Below the pieces are notes generated by a model. That model searched no databases, was not told where the DNA came from, and worked only from the letters and a program-made list of their open reading frames with translations. A DNA stretch of 12,602 nt, from positions 1 through 12,602 of the forward strand of contig JBDRLL010000021.1 in NCBI GenBank assembly GCA_043813075.1. Direction: 5' to 3'. The first letter of the stretch is position 1. Each line of letters begins with the position of its first letter. Below are positions 1 through 6,957 of this stretch, one piece after another. The stretch is from Candidatus Altiarchaeota archaeon. Its GTDB lineage: Archaea > Altiarchaeota > Altiarchaeia > IMC4 > SCGC-AAA252-I15. Made by a program: the position numbers and the translations under genes.

Positions 1-1
1 C

Positions 2-3000
2 CATGTATCGGGCCCAACAGAAACTTATGGGGTCGGTTTTATAAGTGATGTTGATGTTCAATTAGGTAGATTATTAAATACTCTAAAAAACGAACTTAAT
101 GTAGGTAATACATTACTTCTCATAGTCTCTGATCATGGTCAAACTGAAGTTACTCCTGATGCTAACCATGCAATTTCTCGTGAAGAAATTGAAAATGAAT
201 TAGTAAAGGCAGGCTTTTCAATTGTTGGAAAAAATCAAACACTACTTGGAAAATTCGCGTGTCTTAATCTATTTGCAACCAATTATAGTGAAATTTGTGG
301 GCAGGATTACGACTCCTCCGACGCTGTTGTCGCCGAGAACGGCGGGATGGCGATGATTTACTTGAAGGGTGATGGTGGCTGGGGTAGTTATCCTTCTGAG
401 GAATTAGTGGAGCGGGCCGGTCTAGCATTCTATAACCTTTCAGCAGTGAAATACGTTCTGGTTCGGGCGGGCGGCCCTGGTAATGAATATAAGTGGATGT
501 TCCGTAACGGCAACATGTGGGACACTAAGTACCTGTCCTATCCTAGCGCGAAGGAGCGTATAGAAGGCCTTAACAGCGAACGCAGCGGGGATATAATACT
601 CCTGGCGAATTATGATGACGGCTATTATTTCGATGCGAATCCGGTGAAGGGTGAGCACGGTAATTTAAACGATGAGGACACGTATACTCCCTTGATTTTC
701 AGCCACCCGCAGTTGGCGGGCTGTAACTTCGGGCACGCCCGGAACATCGATATTGCGCCGACTATCGCGCATTTGATGGGCTTCGAGATGCCCGGCGCCG
801 ACGGCAAGCCACTATTCGATTTCTCGGACTGCATGAAGTACGTGCCCGGCGAGGAGGTCGAGTTGAGTGCTGTGGTGGAGAATACGGGAAGCGCAGCCGG
901 AGACTTCAAGGTCTCCTTCACCATCGACGGGAATGAGTCAGCTTCTCTGGCTGTGGATAGTGTGCCAGGCTTCTCATCCAAGAGTGTTAGCACACCCTGG
1001 ACCGCGCAACTCGGGGTCCACGAGGTCTGTGTGACCGTGGACACTGAAGACACAGTTGACGAATCCGATGAGGAAGACAACTGGGCGTGCAGGAAGCTAG
1101 TGGTGGAGGCCACCACCACTGCAGGCTCCAGGGAAGAGAATTACAGTCTCGTCGTGAAGCATACGAACGAGTTCCGTTATTCAAGCGGATGCGTGGAAGA
1201 CCCATACGCCGGCCCGGACGCGCCGGCAGTGCTGGCTGGGGAAGGGATTTCAACGCCGCATAGTATCGGCCGGTTCCTGGAGTTCACTGCTGAAGACGAC
1301 TTCAATGAGGCGACGATCAGACTATACTATGATGAGTCGCTGTTGGACGTGCCGGAAGAGACGCTGAAGATGCACCTCTGGGATGAAGGATTAAGGCAAT
1401 GGATGGAACTCACAATCACCGGAGTCAATACGGTAGAAAACTATGTGTGGGGCGTCACAGACCACAATAGCATCTACACTGCCATCGGGGAGAACTTGGC
1501 GGATCTCCGGTTGGATGCGGTGATATCAAGGAATGAGACTGTTGAAGGCGGGGTCATACTCATGAAGGTTGATGTGACCAACAAGGGCACACTGGATGCG
1601 GGGGAGTTCATGGTCAAGGCCTACGGCATCATCGACGGCGAGACGGTGGAAGATTTGTGGATTCAGACAATACCCTGGCTTGGAGTCAACCAGACCACGA
1701 GCATGATAATCGAGTACGATACTCACGGCAAGATGGGATACACGGACATCCTGGTGATCGCGGACGAGGAGGACTCGCAGAAAGAGATTGAGGAGGCAGA
1801 CAACTACGCGGCACTACACTTGACGGTAAACCCTGCGACAGAAGCCGAATACGGGCTGGTGAAGGAATTCACTGGCGGCGCAGAAATAGAGGGCATAGAG
1901 TACCAGTCACCGGGTTCCGCTAACCTGGCGTTTGAGGTTCCAGGTGGCAGTGAAGCATTGTATACGGGATTGCAGGTTCAGGCTGGTAGAGAAGTCCTCG
2001 ACAACCCCCTGACATTTACGGTGGACCGGACGTACCGGACTAATACCCTGGATGACTGCGAGACTTTGGAAGGGTGGAGTAGCTACGACAATGACCGGCT
2101 TTTTGAGGATTCGGATTGTATTAGCGGGCATTGCCTGCGGTTCGAGCCATTGACGCTCCAGTATCCCGGCTTATGGAAGAAGTATGATACGCCGGTGGAT
2201 GCTGTAGTTGGTGAGGCCGGCGGCTACCTGGTGTTCTGGTTGTGGGTTAATGATCCTGCCTATTTTGACTTGGCGAAGGGTAGTCAGGTGATGATATCCA
2301 GCTCCGGGGGCGAGAACGAAGACAAGTACACTTACCGCGAGTTCCTCAAGAAGACTAGCCTGCATGCAGGATGGAATAGGGTGATGATTCCGTTAACCGG
2401 TATGGAGGGGGATGGGGCCCCTGACTTGTCTAATATAAACTTTTTCAAGATATGGTGGCGGGACTATCCGGAGCTCATAGTAAAGCTGGATGACGTGCAC
2501 TTCGAGTCAGACGACTACGTCGACATACCATTCGAGAAGCCGCTGGGCCATAGGACGGAAAGCATCTACAAGGCGGATGCGGGTTGCTCCAGCAGGGAAT
2601 ACAAGCCATACTATAGTGAGATAAGTAATGTCACGGTAAGTATTGTGGGCGAACAGTGTAGTGAGATGACGAAGTGTGTGAACCATGACGTTCTCGCGGA
2701 TAACACCATCCATATGGAAGTATGCAGGGGTGGTGCAGGCTCGGGAAGCTGTGACGCTATGGGATGCGGCACCAACACGGTGTTCGACATCACCTACGAG
2801 CTGCCGGGTAATAGAATGCCCTCCTCCTGGATTAAAGGTCTCTGGACTCTTGAAGACTGCATTGAAAAAGAGGATGGTACGCGGGTGACGAGGAAAAATC
2901 TCTCCTCAGACATCAGAGAAGACGAAATGTACTTCGGATTCGACTTAAGGAAAGTGGATCTTCAGAGAGTAAAAAAGGCAGTCTTACACGTGCCAGTACG

Positions 3001-4075
3001 CTCTATCGAGACGCGGGGGAACAGGAACAATCTCCTGGAAATCGTGTCAAAGAAGGAGTGTGCAACCTGCTACAATACTGTTACCGGCTGCAGTGAAACA
3101 GAAATCGCCGACTACCGGTACGACCAAGACATTGAAGTAGACGTCCTACAAAACCTCTTCGGGAGAGATGAAGTCACATTCAAGATATCTGCTCTAGGTG
3201 ATGATTCTGGAACAGTATACTACGACTGGCCGTACATCGAGTATGAACTGGTTGAGCGGGTTGTGGGGCCTGAAGTTCTCTTGGATGGGAATAGGATATG
3301 GGGTACTGAAGTCTTGTATGAGGGCGAGGCCTTCTTGGTCGACGACTTCGAGGATGCTGTTGGGGACTACGCGAGCTTGGAGTGCGGAAGCGGAGTGTGC
3401 AGTGTGCCTCTGGAGTTTAGGACTCAGTCTGGCGGCAACCTGACGGTATCCAATCTGACGGTAGTCTACCGGAAGGAGACTGTTAACCTGCAGTCCGGGC
3501 CGGAGGCGTGTGGCCATAGAGGGTTCTGCGAGGAGTGTGTGATGCAGCCCTACGCGGGTGGCGAGGAGTGCGCGTGGATTACGCCGACGGGAATATGTGT
3601 CGACGAGGGAGCGTATTCTTTGGCTCAGGGAGAGGAGGAGAACACGGTATGCTCTTCAACTCCGGTGACCACCACGACAACAGTCACGACGTCTACAACA
3701 CTCCCTGTGGTGGACTTGGATGGTGACGGATACAGTGAGGGTGAGGATTGCGATGACTCTAACCCGCTCGTCCACCCGGAGTCGGACGAAGAATGCAATA
3801 ACTTGGACGACAATTGCAATGGTGTGGCTGACGAGGGATTGACGTTCGACGATGACTCTGACGGCTACACGAGTATGGGCTCTTGCACTGGCGCGAGGAA
3901 CGACTGCGACGACAGCAACTTCAACGTCAAGCCTGGGATGACTGAAGCATGCGGGAACGGTCTGGACGACGACTGCGACGGCTCAGCCAGGCCGTGCGTG
4001 TATGACTTATGCCATGACGGCGGATTACTCTCAACGGGGTTCGGTGAAGAAATACCAATATGCGGAGGTACATGA
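2..4075 (+). CDS. Giant modular extracellular protein, 5'-partial: alkaline phosphatase-superfamily (nucleotide pyrophosphatase/phosphodiesterase-like) domain + CARDB x2 + carbohydrate-binding-like domains + Cys-rich modules
   Basis: The frame of ORF 347..4075 is open back to base 2 and reads HVSGPTETYGVGFISDVDVQLGRLLNTLKNELNVGNTLLLIVSDHGQ..., i.e. the H-x-x-GP / D-x-x-LG / SDHG metal-ligand motifs of the NPP family. It continues to GDIILLA, GEHG and NIDIAPTIAHLMG. The true start lies upstream of the window. Confidence 0.88.
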   Translation, partial: HVSGPTETYGVGFISDVDVQLGRLLNTLKNELNVGNTLLLIVSDHGQTEVTPDANHAISREEIENELVKAGFSIVGKNQTLLGKFACLNLFATNYSEICGQDYDSSDAVVAENGGMAMIYLKGDGGWGSYPSEELVERAGLAFYNLSAVKYVLVRAGGPGNEYKWMFRNGNMWDTKYLSYPSAKERIEGLNSERSGDIILLANYDDGYYFDANPVKGEHGNLNDEDTYTPLIFSHPQLAGCNFGHARNIDIAPTIAHLMGFEMPGADGKPLFDFSDCMKYVPGEEVELSAVVENTGSAAGDFKVSFTIDGNESASLAVDSVPGFSSKSVSTPWTAQLGVHEVCVTVDTEDTVDESDEEDNWACRKLVVEATTTAGSREENYSLVVKHTNEFRYSSGCVEDPYAGPDAPAVLAGEGISTPHSIGRFLEFTAEDDFNEATIRLYYDESLLDVPEETLKMHLWDEGLRQWMELTITGVNTVENYVWGVTDHNSIYTAIGENLADLRLDAVISRNETVEGGVILMKVDVTNKGTLDAGEFMVKAYGIIDGETVEDLWIQTIPWLGVNQTTSMIIEYDTHGKMGYTDILVIADEEDSQKEIEEADNYAALHLTVNPATEAEYGLVKEFTGGAEIEGIEYQSPGSANLAFEVPGGSEALYTGLQVQAGREVLDNPLTFTVDRTYRTNTLDDCETLEGWSSYDNDRLFEDSDCISGHCLRFEPLTLQYPGLWKKYDTPVDAVVGEAGGYLVFWLWVNDPAYFDLAKGSQVMISSSGGENEDKYTYREFLKKTSLHAGWNRVMIPLTGMEGDGAPDLSNINFFKIWWRDYPELIVKLDDVHFESDDYVDIPFEKPLGHRTESIYKADAGCSSREYKPYYSEISNVTVSIVGEQCSEMTKCVNHDVLADNTIHMEVCRGGAGSGSCDAMGCGTNTVFDITYELPGNRMPSSWIKGLWTLEDCIEKEDGTRVTRKNLSSDIREDEMYFGFDLRKVDLQRVKKAVLHVPVRSIETRGNRNNLLEIVSKKECATCYNTVTGCSETEIADYRYDQDIEVDVLQNLFGRDEVTFKISALGDDSGTVYYDWPYIEYELVERVVGPEVLLDGNRIWGTEVLYEGEAFLVDDFEDAVGDYASLECGSGVCSVPLEFRTQSGGNLTVSNLTVVYRKETVNLQSGPEACGHRGFCEECVMQPYAGGEECAWITPTGICVDEGAYSLAQGEEENTVCSSTPVTTTTTVTTSTTLPVVDLDGDGYSEGEDCDDSNPLVHPESDEECNNLDDNCNGVADEGLTFDDDSDGYTSMGSCTGARNDCDDSNFNVKPGMTEACGNGLDDDCDGSARPCVYDLCHDGGLLSTGFGEEIPICGGT
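845..1106 (+). other. CARDB (Ig-like cell adhesion) domain 1 within the giant protein
   Basis: GEEVELSAVVENTG...FKVSFTIDG...WTAQLGVHEVCVTVD...VDESDEEDN matches the CARDB pattern (V-x-N-x-G ... VD...E-x-x-E-x-N). Boundaries approximate. Confidence 0.8.
1499..1829 (+). other. CARDB domain 2 within the giant protein
   Basis: ADLRL...VDVTNKGTLDAGEFMV...ILVIADEEDSQKEIEEADN. Boundaries approximate. Confidence 0.8.
2048..2510 (+). other. Galactose-binding-like / carbohydrate-binding beta-sandwich domain
   Basis: LDDCETLEGW...YLVFWLWV...GWNRVMIPL...PDLSNINFFKI...VKLDDVHF is the typical CBM-like jelly-roll signature. Confidence 0.65.
3713..3997 (+). repeat. Two acidic Cys-rich 'putative metal-binding (MopE-like)' protein repeats after a Thr-rich linker
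   Basis: DLDGDGY..DCDDSNPLVHP..EECNNLDDNCNG..DEG and DDDSDGY..DCDDSNFNVKPG..EACGNGLDDDCDG. Preceded by STPVTTTTTVTTSTTLP (about 3656-3706). Confidence 0.85.
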
Positions 4076-4078
4076 AAA

Positions 4079-5191
4079 ATGAGGAAGATAGTGTTAACAA
4101 CAACGATACTAACGATGGTGGCCGCCTATGCGGCGGCCACGGGAATACTGGAGAGCCAGTCGGGCAGCCTAGTCCTGAAGCCTGAGGACGGGGATGTGGT
4201 GGTGCAGGACGCTGAACTCTACCTGTCAGACCGGAACATGGAGCATGCTCTGGTACAGTTGGGCGGATACTATCGGAATGGGTGGCCGTCCAACATAATT
4301 CTGGAGAGAAATGACGGGCTGGTCGCAGCCACCAAGAGGTTCGCTGTGACGACAAGTGAAGGCACTGACCAGGGTAGCATAGACAATATGTTCGACCCGT
4401 ACTACAACAGTGAGGCGAGATGGAGGAACAGTAAGACCACTTATCCCCTTACAATTGAAGTGGACTTAAATGGCAAACGAGACTTTGTCTCCGGAGCCCT
4501 CCTGGGGTTCGGGTGGCGTGACGCCTACGCAGACAGCTTCTACGTTGAGATATACGAGGACGGTAACAACGACGGCGCATACCAGTGGACTAACGTCTGG
4601 GACGTGACCGGGAACAGCGACAATGTTGTCGGCAAGTTCTGGGGTCCAAAGTGGCGTGTAAGCAAGATGAGGCTGGTGGTGAGGAGCGCTAACAATAATC
4701 TGGGTTGGCTGAGGATAGCCCGCTTTATGATGGTCCAGCAGCATAGCGGATACGAGATGGGGCACTCGCTGCCGGTGCACGGGGGGACGCTATACGGTCC
4801 AGTAGTCCCATACACGGGGAATACAGTGGACTTGGGTTCGGACGCTCAGCCCTACAGGAGCGTCTATGCCTACAACTTCGTCGACAAGACCCCTGCTTTT
4901 GACACGAAAAAATATCGGAAGACTGCGTTGGACGCCATACGCCAGCAGAAGTTCAAGAAAGAGGATGGAATACTCGCAATAGACCATGATAGCCTGCCTG
5001 AGTTCGTGAGGACCGAGATGCTCGCCACCACGACTACCGGGGAGACTAGGATGATACAGGGCCGCTGCGTGAACTGTGAGGTCACACTTCAGACTCAGGC
5101 GATACAGGAGCTTGAGGCGAAGGTGCGGGAGCTTGAGGCGAAGGTTGATGGTGGCAACAGCAAACGGATTAAGTGGTTGAACTGGCGTTAA
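4079..5191 (+). CDS. Secreted tail-fibre-like protein: signal peptide + discoidin/F5-8-like domain + divergent S74-type intramolecular chaperone and coiled coil
   Basis: N-terminus MRKIVLTTTILTMVAAYAAA is a Sec signal with an AxA site. IDNMFD..W..LTIEVDL..W..V..MRLVV resembles a discoidin fold. LPVHGGTLYG and DLGS..PYRSVYA are tail-fibre shaft motifs. ALDAI...QAIQELEAKVRELEAK resembles an S74/ICA C-terminus. Starts 3 nt after the upstream stop. Confidence 0.65.
   Translation: MRKIVLTTTILTMVAAYAAATGILESQSGSLVLKPEDGDVVVQDAELYLSDRNMEHALVQLGGYYRNGWPSNIILERNDGLVAATKRFAVTTSEGTDQGSIDNMFDPYYNSEARWRNSKTTYPLTIEVDLNGKRDFVSGALLGFGWRDAYADSFYVEIYEDGNNDGAYQWTNVWDVTGNSDNVVGKFWGPKWRVSKMRLVVRSANNNLGWLRIARFMMVQQHSGYEMGHSLPVHGGTLYGPVVPYTGNTVDLGSDAQPYRSVYAYNFVDKTPAFDTKKYRKTALDAIRQQKFKKEDGILAIDHDSLPEFVRTEMLATTTTGETRMIQGRCVNCEVTLQTQAIQELEAKVRELEAKVDGGNSKRIKWLNWR
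5107..5145 (+). repeat. 18-bp direct repeat with 21-bp period (one duplicated coiled-coil heptad)
   Basis: ggagcttgaggcgaaggt at 5107-5124 and 5128-5145, encoding ELEAKV-R-ELEAKV. Confidence 0.9.
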
Positions 5192-5196
5192 CCACA

Positions 5197-5209
5197 TCTT
5201 TTTTTTTAT
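5197..5209 (+). terminator. Oligo-T archaeal-type terminator for the surface-protein pair
   Basis: A T9 run (5199-5207) lies just after the TAA at 5191, between convergent genes. Confidence 0.6.
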
Positions 5210-5692
5210 TTATTCCGCGTATATTAGTGCTGCTATCGCGTGCGTGTATGTTCCGTTGGGTGTGTCTGGTATTGTTGTTGTGATGGTTTTTACTGTGTTT
5301 TTTGTTATCTTCATTTTGCGTGCTTCCGCCATTTCTAGTATTTTTTCGTTTAGGTTGTTTGTGCAGGTTTTTTGGTTGTAGTGGCCGGTGTCTTCTGCTA
5401 CTATGCCGTAGGTGTGTTTTCCTTTTTGGTCTTCGAGTTGTGCGTAGGCGATGCCTGCCGTGGTTTCCTGGCCTGTCTGGCCGTCTATGGTTGCGAGTAC
5501 GCAGTGTGTTATCGTGCCTGCCGGGATTTCTGTTGGTTGTGTTTCTTTGGCGTCTGGTGCTAGTATGCTGGATACTTTCACCAGGTTGCATTGGCTTATG
5601 TTTGCGTGCATGAGGGCTTTGTCTAGGGCGTTTAGTCTGCTTATGGTGCTGGTTCCTGTCCCGGATGTGAGGAAGAATCTCTTGTAGTTCAT
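5210..5692 (-). CDS. pdaD: Pyruvoyl-dependent arginine decarboxylase
   Basis: FFLTSGTG...LNALDKALMHANISQCNLVKVSSIL, containing the Ser-Ser self-cleavage site; TAGIAYA..YGIVAE..MAEAR; 160 aa. Confidence 0.92.
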   Translation of the reverse strand: MNYKRFFLTSGTGTSTISRLNALDKALMHANISQCNLVKVSSILAPDAKETQPTEIPAGTITHCVLATIDGQTGQETTAGIAYAQLEDQKGKHTYGIVAEDTGHYNQKTCTNNLNEKILEMAEARKMKITKNTVKTITTTIPDTPNGTYTHAIAALIYAE

Positions 5693-5757
5693 GGTTCTTA
5701 TTTATGGTGTTTTTCTGGTATTTATCTTGTCTGCTTAATAGTCTTATTGGTGTCAGA

Positions 5758-6957
5758 GTGTTCCGTCTGCGCGGTTTCGGGAAGTATGGTTTGTTGTTGG
5801 ATGCTGGCGTGATGCTGACGGTCTGGTCTGCGGGTGTCGGTGCCTTATGGTTTCTGCTTCCTCAGATAGTTTCCGGCTTCACTGGGAGCGTCGCGTTGAT
5901 AGGGTGTGTCATGTCGATACCCCCATTGGTCGCCCTGCTTGTTGATGTGCCTGTGGGCGGCCTTGTTGATAGGGTGGGTCGCAGGAGCGTCTTGTTGGCT
6001 TCGTTGTTCATGCTTCTTTTGCTTGCGTTTCTCCTGGTGTTGGTTGATGGGCTGGTATCTCTCGTGTTCTTCCTCTTGTTGTTGGGTTTGTTCCATCAGC
6101 CGGTGTGGATTTCTTCTGTCGCCTATGTAATGGACTTGAGTCCGAGCGGGAAGTCGTCTGAGATACTGGGTTTGGAGATGGGCTTCCTGAATCTGGGTTT
6201 TGCCGTTGGTCCTGTTCTCGCGGGCCTGGCTGTGGCTTACTTGGACTCCAGGGTGTTCGCGGCTTCCCTGATTTTTTCCATAGCGTGTTTCACTGCTTTT
6301 CTGCTTGCCATGAGTCTCCGGGAGGATATGGCTGGCAGGGAGTCTGTCCGTCAGGGATTCAAGGATCTTGTCTTCAAGGACAAGCTGTTCGTCAAGGAGT
6401 TGTCTGACTACCGGCGGATGGGGTCTACTGGCGTGGCCATACTCTTGTTCACGTTCATGTTCACGTTCTTTGACGGCGTGGTCTGGACTTTCGAGCCACT
6501 CTACTACTCTAGGTTCAGCGACCAGGTGCTTTTGGGCGGCTTGCTGATGTCGTCGTTTATCGTGCCTTTGATACTGTTCGAGGCTCCGGCTGGCCTGCTT
6601 GCGGATCGTTTTGGGAGGAGGAGGATATTGTCTCTCGGCTTGTTGGCTGCCGGAGTCTTCTCTGTGTTGTTCAGCCAGTCCAGTTCAATAGAGCATCTCA
6701 TCCTGACCGGGTTCCTCTCAGCCTCCGGTATTGCCTTCGCATGGCCTTCCATAGAGGGTCTGCTTGCCGTTAAGGCTGGTAAGGGTTCTCGCGGTGAGGC
6801 TGTTGGGGTCTCGACCATGGCGGAGGACTTGGGTTATGTGTTGGGGCCTGTTGTGGGCGGCCTTGTTTCGGTTTATTTTGGCATGAGCAGCGTCTTCTTG
6901 TTCATGGGTCTCGTGTTGATTGCCTCGGTTTTCACGGTTTTTCTTGTGGAGGATTAG
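5758..6957 (+). CDS. Major facilitator superfamily transporter
   Basis: About 12 hydrophobic segments and MFS motif A twice (GGLVDRVGRR; GLLADRFGRRR). Start placed at the in-frame GTG 5758, which has ggtg upstream; the ATG at 5704 is an alternative. The stop overlaps the cdc6 stop (TTAG, 6954-6957). Confidence 0.9.
   Translation: MFRLRGFGKYGLLLDAGVMLTVWSAGVGALWFLLPQIVSGFTGSVALIGCVMSIPPLVALLVDVPVGGLVDRVGRRSVLLASLFMLLLLAFLLVLVDGLVSLVFFLLLLGLFHQPVWISSVAYVMDLSPSGKSSEILGLEMGFLNLGFAVGPVLAGLAVAYLDSRVFAASLIFSIACFTAFLLAMSLREDMAGRESVRQGFKDLVFKDKLFVKELSDYRRMGSTGVAILLFTFMFTFFDGVVWTFEPLYYSRFSDQVLLGGLLMSSFIVPLILFEAPAGLLADRFGRRRILSLGLLAAGVFSVLFSQSSSIEHLILTGFLSASGIAFAWPSIEGLLAVKAGKGSRGEAVGVSTMAEDLGYVLGPVVGGLVSVYFGMSSVFLFMGLVLIASVFTVFLVED

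Noticed and set aside
347-349. ATG at 347 as the start of the giant protein
   Set aside because: The frame is open to base 2 and encodes essential NPP motifs (SDHG) upstream of it; the gene begins outside the window.
3713-3997. gacgac-rich repeats as a CRISPR array or DGR template/variable repeat pair
   Set aside because: The similarity is at protein level (Asp/Cys codons). There are no constant repeats with spacers, no adenine-specific mismatch pattern and no reverse transcriptase in the window.
4079-5191. Provirus suggested by the tail-fibre motifs
   Set aside because: No integrase, capsid, terminase or att-like repeat is visible in the window, and the protein has a signal peptide. Upstream sequence is unseen.
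440-5197. Many antisense and alternate-frame ORFs of 60-165 aa over the two surface genes
   Set aside because: They are fully overlapped by long motif-bearing CDSs and have no recognisable motifs; they are typical shadow ORFs.
5704-5757. ATG at 5704 as the MFS start
   Set aside because: It leaves only 11 bp to the divergent pdaD start, and the region looks like promoter sequence. GTG 5758 is preferred, though not proven.
5169-6130. Arg/His/Asn-rich and Cys/Leu/Phe-rich ORFs overlapping pdaD and the MFS gene
   Set aside because: By-products of the extreme strand skew, which depletes stop codons; low-complexity translations.
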